A stretch of 47,315 nt of DNA from Chromera velia (lineage: Eukaryota), in NCBI GenBank assembly GCA_018398765.1, contig JAHBMJ010000471.1:1-47315 (forward strand). The letters run 5' to 3'. The notes beneath the pieces were generated by a model. It did not search any database. It had not been told where the DNA came from and saw only the letters and a program-made list of their open reading frames with translations. The first letter of the stretch is position 1; each line of letters opens with the position of its first letter. Of this stretch, positions 1 to 11,016 are shown in pieces. Position numbers and translations under genes: made by a program.

Positions 1-2763
1 ATTGACCTGCAGTCCCCCCTTGTCGCAGCCGACTGGCTGGAGTTTCTCGCGCGAATCGCTTTTGCCGACATCCAACGCAAACCCCAGTTAGTTGGAGTCG
101 GGACCATTGCCGGGAGAGCAGCAACGGATGCAGCCAAAGGACAGAGACAGCAAGACGGAGACAGAGCACTCGACTTTGACTGTGCCCGTGCCGCCCGGAT
201 GGTCCTCGAGGGCGACTCGAAAGCCGCCCGAAAGCAGGAGACCCAGGAGGTCTCGATCGGTGCGGCTCGAAACTTTATCAGAACAGATTTCAGAGGGGGG
301 TTAGAGAAAATTCGGGCCGAAGGAAGAGTCCCTGTTGACTCCGAGACAGGCATTGTAAACCGATCGATTTCCCAGACCTCTTCCCAAGCAGCAATCACTG
401 AGGGCGCTCCTAGGCCCCATGCAGAAAAAGAAATCGTTGCAGGCGGAAGGAGAGCTGCGGTCATCGGCGCACCAATGCTTCTTCAACCCCGACCTCGCCC
501 GGAAGCTTCGAAGAAGAAAGCAGCCGAGGCCGTCCTTCTCCAGTCTCCTCTTGAGGCAATCACCCGAGAATTTTTGGGAGACGCATCGGAGGGGGGATTT
601 GACTTTGGCCGTTCCGAATCTGAATTAATCGGGGGGGCTGGTAGAGAGAGCGCAGATGGAACGGGAAGAGCCTCTGAAATGGAGGGGGCACGACGGACGT
701 CCTTCGATCAATCTGTTGATTTGTCACTGACCTCGGGGGGGGGAACCGCGTTCTCTCTTCCCACCGAAATGTTTGCTGAGATTGAGCGTCGCCGAGAGTT
801 GGCCTGTTGGGCAGGTGTCCTTCCTGCTGTGGCTGCTCGGTGGGCAAAGCAGTCTGTCGTGAGGGGTGTCACGGCAAGCGCGTTCCGATTCCGTCTGCGC
901 AGATACGTGGAAGCGCTGCGGAGTCGCTGGGTAGACAGGAGTTTTGGCACCCGTCAGTTGCAGGGGCTCGGGGAGGCGACGGGAATTCTTGCCCATCAGC
1001 TTGCCCCCCAGAGTGTCTGGGACGGTCTCGCTGGAGCGGAAGGTGCCGAGTCTTCGGACGAGGACGAAGGGCTGGTTCCCCTTCTCCGTGAGTGGGAAGA
1101 GAAAACAAAGAAGCAGCGGATTGCAGAGAAAGAGGCAGAGAAGAGAAAGAAAATGGAGAGGGAAGGGGGGAGTCCGAGCGCGTCACCTTCAACCGCCCGC
1201 CATCTGATGGTGGCAAGGCGGGCAGGGGAGGAAGCGGGGGAAGAGGGGGAAGAGGAGGGGGCGGGGTCTGCAGGGGAAGAAAATGTGACACAGAAGCAGG
1301 CTGCTGCCGCGGCAGCCTCAGGGGGGTTGAGTATGAGTGAGAGGCAGGAGGAGAGAGAAGACTCTGCGGGTGCTCTGCGGCGTGCGCAATTTGTTGACGC
1401 CATGCTTGCAGATCAGTTGCCCCCAGACCTCCATCTTGCCGACTGGAGCAACGTGAGTGCAGAGGGGGGAGAGGCGTCTGCAGGGGGGACCATTGCAGGT
1501 CTCGACGGCGCTGCAGACTGTGGGAGTCGTTGGAGAGAGGAGGCAGAGGTGAGAATGGAGGACGGCCTTCGACCTGCAGATCTGTACGAGGGTCTGCTCA
1601 CTCTCGAGCGTTTGCGGCCTGAGGACGTGCAGCGACTCTTTGAGCTCTTCCGACTCCGAAAAAAAGCAGCGGAGGCCAGGCGGTCGGTCGTCTCTGCCGC
1701 TGCCATCGAGCACGCGCGACGCCGTGCACAGTTCATGGCCACCACTCTCCAGCGTCTCGCAGTGGTGGACGCAGAGCAGCAGCGGGTAAAGGCCGCCGCC
1801 AGGATAGAGAGGAGAGCAGAGGTCGCCAAAGAGGGTCCTGCTCCCCAAGCGGCAGAAGAGACAGAGACTGAGATGGCACCCCCCATGTCTGTGATCTTTG
1901 ACGGATCCCTCGATAGGCTCGCTGAGCTCCGTGGGCGTCGAATGGTGATGGAGAAGCAGCTCGCTCTCCTCCGTGAGTGGAAAGCGAAGAGAGATCACAG
2001 GAAATGGATTCTCAGCCGACGCCAACGGCTCCAGAGACTGGCCGAGAAACGAGAGAGACAGGCTCGGGAGGCCGAGAGGCGCCGCCAAGCAAAAGCAAGA
2101 GGGGCCTCTCCCCACCGCCGCTTCCGAATGCCATTGGATGAAGGCGAAGGAGGGGGTGACGATTTGCTTGAGGTCGTCGTGCAAGGTACCCCGGCAGAAG
2201 GGCGCGAGGCCCCGGCAATGTCTGAGGGGGAGGACTCGGGGAGCGGGGACCACTACGACGACGAGGGAGACGGCAGCATTGGGCGGGACGATGCACAGAC
2301 CGTGTATAGTCGTTTCTCTGTTGGCACGAGTGCGTTTCTCAGCGCAGCCCGATTTGGGAAAAACGACCCGCTTGCGCTCTCCGGCCGTTCAAATTTGTAC
2401 AGGGGGGAAGAGGAAGGAGGGGAGGAGGAGGAAGGAGAAGGAACTCAGCGTTCCTCTCATCGTTCTTCCCGGCGGTCAAAGAAGAAAAAGAAGAAGGGAG
2501 AGAAAGGAGGAGAGACAGAGGAAGAGGGGGACAGGGAAACGGACGGAGGGAAGTCAAAGTCGGCCAAAAAAAAGAAATCGTCCCGAAGAGAAAGAGCGAT
2601 GGAGGAGGATGCAGGATGGCAGTCAGAAGGACCGATGGGAGAGGAGGAAGAATCGCTGAGCCCAACTGTAGCGTTGGCTTTTGCAGAGGAAGGCCGCGCT
2701 TCTCCTTCTCGCCCTTCTTCTACGAGACGCATCAGGGGGCAAGAAAACCCCGCCTTCTGGTGA
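1..2763 (+). CDS. 3' portion (terminal exon) of a large hypothetical protein with coiled-coil, acidic and Lys/Arg-rich low-complexity segments
   Basis: Frame 1 is open from base 1 (IDLQSPLVAADWLEFLARIAF...) through the listed 199 start to TGA at 2761-2763. It has E/K/R-rich coiled-coil stretches (EWEEKTKKQRIAEKEAEKRKK; RRQRLQRLAEKRERQAREAERRR) and poly-Lys tracts. No recognisable domain; the 5' end probably lies outside the window. Confidence 0.8.
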   Translation: MDLQSPLVAADWLEFLARIAFADIQRKPQLVGVGTIAGRAATDAAKGQRQQDGDRALDFDCARAARMVLEGDSKAARKQETQEVSIGAARNFIRTDFRGGLEKIRAEGRVPVDSETGIVNRSISQTSSQAAITEGAPRPHAEKEIVAGGRRAAVIGAPMLLQPRPRPEASKKKAAEAVLLQSPLEAITREFLGDASEGGFDFGRSESELIGGAGRESADGTGRASEMEGARRTSFDQSVDLSLTSGGGTAFSLPTEMFAEIERRRELACWAGVLPAVAARWAKQSVVRGVTASAFRFRLRRYVEALRSRWVDRSFGTRQLQGLGEATGILAHQLAPQSVWDGLAGAEGAESSDEDEGLVPLLREWEEKTKKQRIAEKEAEKRKKMEREGGSPSASPSTARHLMVARRAGEEAGEEGEEEGAGSAGEENVTQKQAAAAAASGGLSMSERQEEREDSAGALRRAQFVDAMLADQLPPDLHLADWSNVSAEGGEASAGGTIAGLDGAADCGSRWREEAEVRMEDGLRPADLYEGLLTLERLRPEDVQRLFELFRLRKKAAEARRSVVSAAAIEHARRRAQFMATTLQRLAVVDAEQQRVKAAARIERRAEVAKEGPAPQAAEETETEMAPPMSVIFDGSLDRLAELRGRRMVMEKQLALLREWKAKRDHRKWILSRRQRLQRLAEKRERQAREAERRRQAKARGASPHRRFRMPLDEGEGGGDDLLEVVVQGTPAEGREAPAMSEGEDSGSGDHYDDEGDGSIGRDDAQTVYSRFSVGTSAFLSAARFGKNDPLALSGRSNLYRGEEEGGEEEEGEGTQRSSHRSSRRSKKKKKKGEKGGETEEEGDRETDGGKSKSAKKKKSSRRERAMEEDAGWQSEGPMGEEEESLSPTVALAFAEEGRASPSRPSSTRRIRGQENPAFW

Positions 2764-5484
2764 CAAGCACATTTGTCTGGTGTTTTTCCTTGCTTCCCTC
2801 CTTCCTTCCCTTCCGTCTTGTCGAAATACCTACCTGTTCCCCTTCGTTCTTCTGTGCACGTCTCTTCCTTTGTCGCGTTCTCGATGCGTGTTCGTCACAG
2901 ACAGTGCATGTGGCGGGAAAGCAAAGAACTGGATGATCGTGCCAAAGTTTGCTTGCGGACGCCCCTGCTCCTCTCTGTACAGGCGGACTGACAAATTTGT
3001 ACGGCAATATGAACATGTTGATCCTCCTTCTTTGTTTTCGATCCCACATCAAAGTTTACTGTTGACACACAATCGGACGTGCGTGCAATCCTTCTCCTTT
3101 TAGATGGTGTCTCCTTCTGATCATTTTCAGTGGCGCTATCAATAAGAAAGAAATCGTTCAGAATCGCAAAAACTTGCGAGGTAGAGATGGAAGAGCGTAC
3201 TTGGACGGAGAAAACGGTTGCACAATATCCTTGCATCATAGATCTCTCTCAAGAATCTTGTTGGAGTCATGTATCAAAACGAAGCAGGAAGGTAACAATA
3301 CTGGCGCAAGAGTTATCACTGTGCGCTTGTGAAGGGTCGAAGCGATTGAGGGGGGAACATTCGACAGAATGGGCACCGCAACATACGGCTGTCGCTAAAG
3401 TTGTCCCCGTTTTAAACTTGTCCCCGTTTTAATAATTCTGCATGTATTTGAACAACTTGAAATGTGATGTTCTTCAAAAAATAATACGTTTGCTTTCGGG
3501 CTCTAGTTAGCTCTAGTTGGAGCTTCAAAAAGCTACTACAATAAGTTTCAACTGTTATCAACTATGATCAATTAGAAACTTGAATTAAATTTTATATGCA
3601 ATATGAGATAAAATTATTCTAGCTTAGCCAGGCAATGCAGGAATTCCCGTTCATCCAGCTACTGATGTTTACGCTTTAGAGATTTGGACAGTCTGCCTAA
3701 CACATTTAACCGTCTTTTTCATATTGACCTACACAAAAGTTACTAACTGTCCATATCTTCCCTTGACCCTACCTTTACCGTTGGAAGCGGTTGATCGTCA
3801 CTCCGTCTCCCCGAGTGCTGCCGCTGCCCCTCCCTCAACGCTCACTCTTCGCACCTCGCCCCTGGTGCCCCGCAGGCACCCCTTAGCTGCTCTGTGGTGC
3901 GCTGCCTGCAGTCTTGCTTTCATGTATGCGCACACCTGCCCGTATGTCCTATCCCACTTCATATATAGATAAAATTATTAATTAATTTGACGTATAGAAT
4001 TTAACTTGACAGTTCAACTCGACCAATGAAATTAACTATAGGAAATTAATTATTTACTCACAATTCACTGGCTAAGTTCTATAAACTATTTAGTGATGTG
4101 ATATGTGATGATTGAGAGTTAAATTCTAGTAAACTATATAGGTTAATTTATGTAACCCTAGGTATATATATAACCCGCATATAACTGAGATAACCCTACG
4201 AAAAAATATGGAAATCGTTGGCATTGACTAGGCAAATCTGTGGGAAACTACGTGGGAAATTGATGGGAAATCTTAGGGAATTTCATGGGAAATTAATTGA
4301 ATCCCCGGTTGATAACAAATCTTCTATAGGAAATCTTATATCATCATCAAGCTATACGGGAAATTTGCCTGAGATTTCCATTTTTCTAGCCACATATACA
4401 TGAGAAATCAGCCAGATTTCCCTATATTTCCCATAAATTACGTAAATCGATCCTTCAAAAACTTTATAATAAATATTTTATTTAAAAAACTTTATAATTG
4501 CGAAAGGATTGGTCAAACAACTTCCAGATTGTGAAGGCAGCGAGGAAGGCCGGACTTGAGGCTAGACTTGAGACCGGAAACTATTGAGGCAGCAAACAGC
4601 TGCCTAGACAGCTGCAGCGCAGCAGCTGAGCTGCTACATGCAGTATATATGCTTACGGGCACGATGACTGGAGGATCACATTCAGGTTTCAGACACCCTG
4701 GACATTTCAGCAGCTCTGCTGTTCTTATACATGGAGACAAGCGAGACAGATTTGAGGCAAATCGAAGGCAGGCCAAGTCCTTAATTCCAAGAAACCGTCA
4801 TCTCCTGCCCCTTACTTCCTTTCCATCCTTCCACCACGGCTTTCGACGTGTCAACAAGGGGGGCAGCGATGCACAGGGAGCGAGGGAGGGAGGGCAGACA
4901 CAAACAAAACACAACAAACAAACTGACAAACAGGACGCCGGCAAGGGAACCTCCACTAAATTGTTGCGTGTATCCACCCGCCTATCCGGTCAGCCTATGG
5001 AGAGGGCAAGAACTCGCTCTTCGACTTTTCTCTCTTTCTGTACGTACCTTCCATTCCCCCTCTCTTCTTTTCTCCCCCAGAATGGAGAGAAAAAGCGAGA
5101 AGAAAAGAGATGAGAGGACGCGGAAGCTTCCGGTCCATATCTGATTAGCGAAAGAGGGAGAATTAAGAAACAGCGAAATACTTGCACGTCCCCTTTCAGC
5201 TTTCAGCCCCGAATCCTCAATCAATCAACATTCACTGCCCTCTCGCCCCTGCCCCACTCCCCCTCAATTCCCCCATACACAACGCGTGTGCCGTGCACCC
5301 TGCCTGTAGGCCTCCCTGCCTGTCTGTCTTCCCTCATCCAGGAACTCCCTGTTTCTTTCTTTCTTGCTTTCTGCATGGAGGCTGCTTGGAGGCCCTCCCG
5401 AGTCACCTTTCCTTTCCGTTCCCTGCTGCCTTTTCTTTTCGGTTCACTTCAACACTTCTCCCTCCGCAGCCTTCCGTTGTCTAT

Positions 5485-6818
5485 CTACTGCATCCCCTTG
5501 AGGATGGCCTTTGCCTGCTGGAGAGCCTCGATCTCCTGCTGGAAGGCTGCTTGACGGATGTCGAAGTTCTTGATAGTGAAGTCGCAGGCGTAGTGGACGT
5601 CTGCGGAGTATTTGGCGAGCTCGGCGAGAGTGGCCTGGGTGGAGGCGAGGTCCTCCTCTGTCTTGTTCTTGTCGGCCTTGGCAGTTGCACTCTCATCGCT
5701 CTTCTCCGTGATCGCCTTCTCCTTGGTGGTGATCTCGGTGTTGAGGTCCTTCACAAACTCCTCGTAGGCAACCTGGAGGGAGGACAGGACAGGAGAATGG
5801 AGAGGGGGAATGAGCATCAGACGGATGAAGAATAACTTTGGGATGAAGAATTCCGCCCGTTCCCTCCCAGCCGAACGACCCGACCGCATGCATCATCCGA
5901 CGCTGCTTATCAACCAACCTCTTCGTTGCCGGTCTGCATCAACTCTGTTGTTCTTTCTGGAATCAAGATAGCATCTTTGTCTTCGATCTCTCTGATAATG
6001 CACCGTTCACCCGCCTGTCACAAGCAAGGAAGAATGAAGGCGACACAAACCCGCTTGTAAATTATGCAAACAGACAAGCGCCTCTCGAGGGCAAATCCAA
6101 ACACAAAGAAATGAAACCGACTGTCCCCAAACTTTCTTTCTCACTCAATCCCGCGAATGAAACAAAACTACGAAAGCAATTAACCAACCTGGGCTGCCTG
6201 CTCATCGTTGACCAGTTCCTTCTCCAGGGTTGCTGACTGAGTGATGATGCCGTCAATCATCGCGATGACTCCGTGTCCGTGCTCGTTGTTGACATAGGGG
6301 TCGAAGCCCTCGGGGGCAGCCTCGAGACCAGTGGACTCGTAGGCACCGTCATAGGTCAAGGGCTTTCCGGTGGGCTCAGCGGACTTCTGGAGAAGGGCCG
6401 GCTGGTAGTAAGCCTTGAGAACGGAGACGGCCGACTGCAGGAGCTTCTGGGTCTCCTGGGCGTCCTTGAGGGAAGCCTTGAACTCATCGTTCTCGGCCTC
6501 TCTGTCCTCGGAGGCCTGCTGGATGGACAGCTGGGCGGCCTTGACTTCTTCCTCGAGGACTGCGATTTCCCCTGCGAGGGTCTCGATGGTCTCCTTGAGG
6601 GAGGCGATCTTTGCCTCAAGGTCCTTTGCCTCCTTCTCGGCAGTCATCGTGTCCTTCTCGTTCTCGTGAATCATTGCCAGGCACCTGCATGGCAGGGGGG
6701 AGGGGGGGAGAGGGGACAGCGGAGAGAGAGGATGAGATGAAATACGCAGGATGGAGATTGGGAAGGGAGTTGTACTTCCCCAATCCCTTCATACTTTCCT
6801 TTTGGGGTTTGGGTTGTT

Positions 6819-6856
<38 letters not shown>

Positions 6857-8235
6857 GAAGGAGAGCCCTGATCAACTACAAACAAAAGAGAGGGGGGAAA
6901 TGAAACAAAGAATCGCTGATGCTGGCTGTGTGCACTTCCACAGAGAGGTGATGGAGCACTTCCCTGTATGTGCCTCTCTCTTATCATTTGCATGCAACAG
7001 AGTCTCTCCTTATAGGTACACACAAGATGGCCACACAGAAAGAGGAGAGTGACGGATCAGCTTTCCTGTTGACTGACTGACCAGTCTCTGTGCTTGATCT
7101 CATCGGCCTTCTCCTCCTGGAGGCCGGAGATCATGCCGTCAATCTTGCCGAGGAGCTTGGTGAAGGGGGCGAGGGCAGAGGAGAGAGAGTTGGACAGCTG
7201 GAGGAGCTGGGCCTGGTGGGGTCCCCCAACTCTCTTGGCGGTCCTCTTGATCAGGTTGGAGACGCTCTGGGCCTGGTACTTGGTCACCTTCCTTGTCACT
7301 CTCTTCTGGAGGAGGGACGCGGGGGGGTTGAAAGTGCGGGTGAAGAGGTCGTGGGCGTCGTCACTTGACAGAACTGCAGGCACCCAGGCAGTCAGACACG
7401 CAGAGTTAGGGAAAGGGAGACGAAGAAGTGGGGGAAGACACAGATTTAAACACACTCTGTCTGACTGAAGTCTTGCCCGACTCATGAAGCTCTCTGTACA
7501 CAATGAATTCTCTTCGGAAGGCGGACATCCTTCCCTCCGGTTTCTGCAGTCTCTTTTTTGGTTTGCAGGAACACAGGATTTCTGTCAACAGCAAAGGGGA
7601 AAAAGGACAAAACTCTTTTGAGACGTCGTCCCCATTTCATCTCCACTCGTTGATCGTGTCAGCAAGTTCTCAAGAGCTTGGATTCAAGTTTGCTTTGACC
7701 TTGCAGGCCATTTGTTTCCTGTCCGATTCTCCCTCTCTCTTTCTCTCTCTCGTTTATCCTGCAGGCCTTTGCTTCTTCCTTTGTTTCCCTCCCCACTCTC
7801 TCCACCCTGTCTGTCGTCCTATCCCATCCCAAAAAGAGAGAGAGCTCTCTCTCAACTGTCGGACTGGCGTCTTCTGTACCTGTTTGCATTTTTGTCTCTT
7901 GCGTCTTTGTTTCGTTTTCAGTTCTCTCTATCTGGTTGCTGCATTTTTTTTCCTTTCGTTCTTTCCACAGTCTTCTGCCTCACTTCTGCTTCTGTCTCTC
8001 CACTAATTTGTCTTCCTTCTGTCTCCTTCACTATCCGCAGCTGACGTTTCCATGACGACGAGAGATGTTAGTTGTGGATGAAAAAGGCGGACAAAGCACA
8101 CGAAGAGAAACAGCAGAGAGAAAGCGCGAAGAAAAGAAAGAAAGAAACTACGAAAGAAAGTAAGAAAAGAAAGAAACGAAAGAAAGAAAAGAAAGAAAGA
8201 AAGAAAGAAAGAAAAAAAAAGAAAGGAAGGAAGGA

Positions 8236-8271
<36 letters not shown>

Positions 8272-10334
8272 GAGAAAAAAAGAAAGAAGAATCCTGACCC
8301 ACCAGAGATGGCCTTGGCGACTGCTGCCATCTCAGCAGCACGCGTCTTCTGTCTCTCCTCCCACTCGCTCTCGGTCTCACCGCACTTCAGCTGCACCAGG
8401 ACGAACATTCAAGAAAGTGCGAAAACGAGAGACGCCAGTAAGCGTGAGACAGTACACAAAAACGTGAGCAAGTTTTACTTCTGATGGAAAAGGAAGGGGC
8501 TTGCCGGTCCTCTGCAAAAGTTCTTCTCTCTTCAAAAAAAAAAGCGAGAGAGATTTCAAAAACAGACCCGACCGACCCCACGTGAGGGACGAGCAGGCAC
8601 AAGACAAAGGGTCAAACGTCTCCACAGCCTTGTGGTGGAAAAGTAGACATGAAAACAGAGAAGAGTTACATCACAGGTGAAAATCGGCGTCGGAAGGGTA
8701 GGTGCACATCACCAGATTTCTTTTCTGCTCCCCTGCCGATCCTGTCTATCTGCCGATCAGTCTGCCTCACTCACTGACCACGATGTCTTGCAAGAACTTC
8801 TGGTCAGCAGCCAGAGCCTCTCGTGATGCCGCAGAGTCAGCCTTGGAGGTTGCCAGCTTCTCTCTGGTGTCAGAGAGCTGGGCCTCCTTCTCGGTTTTCG
8901 CGGCGGTGTCGGCGGCAATCTCATCAAGCTTGGCCTTCTGCACGGTTTCAAAGGGAAGTACACAGATAAAGCGGGAAAAGATTCACAACGCATTCTTCCA
9001 GACGGAGAACGAACGACTGACAGAAGAGCGAAACAAGTAGAAAAATCCCCCCTCGTGCTATTCCTCCGATCCCGATTTCTGGCAGATGTAGAGATTCTCA
9101 GTAGCAGTCTCAGAACATGGTCTCTTCCAGCCGGGTCTCATTGAATCACGACCACGCAAGTCGTGAAAAAAAAAACCGCCCCATCTCACCCTACCCAACC
9201 CCAACTCCGTGCGAACTCCCCAACCATTGATCCCTCTTTCCTCTCTCACCGACCGACCGACCTTGAGAGCCTCATACTCCTCGACCTTCTTTGCCTCCTC
9301 GGCCTGAGCGTCAGAGAGGTCCTTGGCGAACTCCTCCTTCATGTTGTTCAGGATTCCGAAGATGACGCCGGACTGGGGAGCATACGCACCCCTGAAGGTG
9401 GCACTGGAGCCAAGGTAGCCGGGTCCCTTGTTCTGGTTCTGCAAGAAGGAGGACAGGGCCTTCTGGTCGTCTGCAGAGATCCTGCTTCCGAGCTTGAACA
9501 TCGAGTGCTTAAGCACGGTCGCGATGTCAATGAAGGCAGCGGGGGACGGGGTGTGGTGCTTAGATAGCACAGTGATGGCTCCCTTGAGAGCGGTGATGGC
9601 CTCTGTGAGCTCGGCCTCCTCCTTTCGGAACTCATCGAGCTCCCGTTGGCGGATAGCGGCCGCCTCCTGGAGGGATGCATTGTTATCTGCAATCTCCTTC
9701 TCGAGTGTCTGCAAGGGGGGGGGGGGGAAGAAGGGCGAAAGATGAATGAGAAGAGTGACTGCTTGGTTGGATACACTTGCACACAGAGACGGGTTTCGTC
9801 AGGGCCTTCGGAACTTTTTTGCTTCGCACCTGGGAGACCACAATTCGAATAAAGCTCAGGGTGAAAGAACAGGATGTCTTAGATCCGCGCAGCAGCCCCC
9901 AAAGATCGGAAGACAGCGGGTTTCGACAGAAAAAAAAAGTCGCAACATCCCAGCTGCATTGGAGACTGGAAACTCAAAAAAACGATTTCTTGAAAAGCCA
10001 TGAAAAAGCGAAACGAGTCAGTTCCTGTTTCTGTAAAAGTACTCACCTTAATCTCCGCCTCAAGACGCTCGATAGTGGCAGCTGCCTGGTCGACAAAGGC
10101 AATGATGTCCTTGATTCTCTGCTCAGCAGTGGCAATTCCTTCCTCCTTCTCCTTCTTGTTCTTTTTGCACCAGCAGTTAAATTTATCGAAAGTTCCCTCA
10201 TCTGCCTCTTGTTCTTGCTCCAGTGCTGTCTTCATGTCCTTCAAAAGGTTAATTACTTTGGAGACTGGGCGGTTGACCTCCTGGGCCACCACAGCCCCAA
10301 AGAGAAGGGCAAGGACAGACACTGTGAAACGCAT
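5485..10334 (-). CDS. Secreted, internally duplicated coiled-coil protein (685 aa), trichocyst/extrusome-matrix-like alveolate family; 7 exons
   Basis: Exons 10334-10047, 9708-9262, 8937-8779, 8390-8303, 7373-7082, 6684-6189 and 5772-5485. All introns are GT..AG and phases match (0,0,0,1,2,0); the total is 2058 nt. The N-terminus is a signal peptide (MRFTVSVLALLFGAVVA). Motifs: PVSKVINLLKDM..NCWC, QSGVIFGILNNMKEEF, VLSSDDAHDLFTRTF, KADEIKHRDWC and C-terminal EIEALQQAKAILKG. Codons are strongly G/C-ending. The family assignment is from recalled motif similarity, not a search. Confidence 0.88.
6822..6855. repeat. (TG)n microsatellite in intron
   Basis: Directly visible TG run. Confidence 0.9.
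8128..8291. repeat. (AAAG)n/(AAGG)n polypurine tract in intron
   Basis: Directly visible imperfect AAAG array. Confidence 0.9.
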
Positions 10335-11016
10335 TTTGTTTCTTGGGGGAAGTCCTCAAGTCTCTGTGTTCGGATCTTTGTGTCCTCCTGCCTGGCTAAC
10401 TGACTGCCTCAAAATCTCCCTTTACTCTCTCCCAATAGTACTACTGCTGCATTACATTCAACAGGGCTTTGCAGCTTTTTCTCCTTTCAAAAAAAGGACA
10501 AAAGGGATCCTCCTCTGAATAGTCAAGCAGCCAGTCAGATATCTGGCAGTCGCCTCTGCTGAATTCTGAATTTGCACGCGCCGTCTCGCAAAAAAAATGG
10601 GTGGATACACTTTCCGGGATAGAAAAGTGACCCACAGCTGTTAATTTCACTTTCCGGGACCACACTCAAAGCTCCGTACGTGCCCCACAAGACCTTTGAG
10701 TGTTCCGGGGCCGCTCGCATGCATGGCATATGCATGGCTTGCACATGATGCGTTGTGAATGACGTCAAGCTCATGCAAATTCTTCTTCCGAAGTTCTTCG
10801 ACGTCCACCAATGTCCACCATACGTCCACCTCGACAGCCGTCCATCCGTTCAAGACTGGAATCTTCACAGTGAAATCCACTTATTATGTGGCCAAGCTGG
10901 TGTCTCAAGTCGATTGCACAGGCAGAACAGTCTGTTGCATTCTGTCGCTTGCTCCATGTTTCTGACGTAGACCGCGTTTGACTTTTACTCTCTGAGGACT
11001 TTGACTGTCTCAAACT
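10335..11016. promoter_or_regulatory. Putative bidirectional promoter between two divergent genes
   Basis: About 680 bp lie between the ATG at 10334 (-) and the ATG at 11017 (+). The spacer has a GCATGC/TGCATG cluster at ~10717-10748 and three GTCCAC/GTGGAC motifs at ~10803-10829. Confidence 0.45.
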
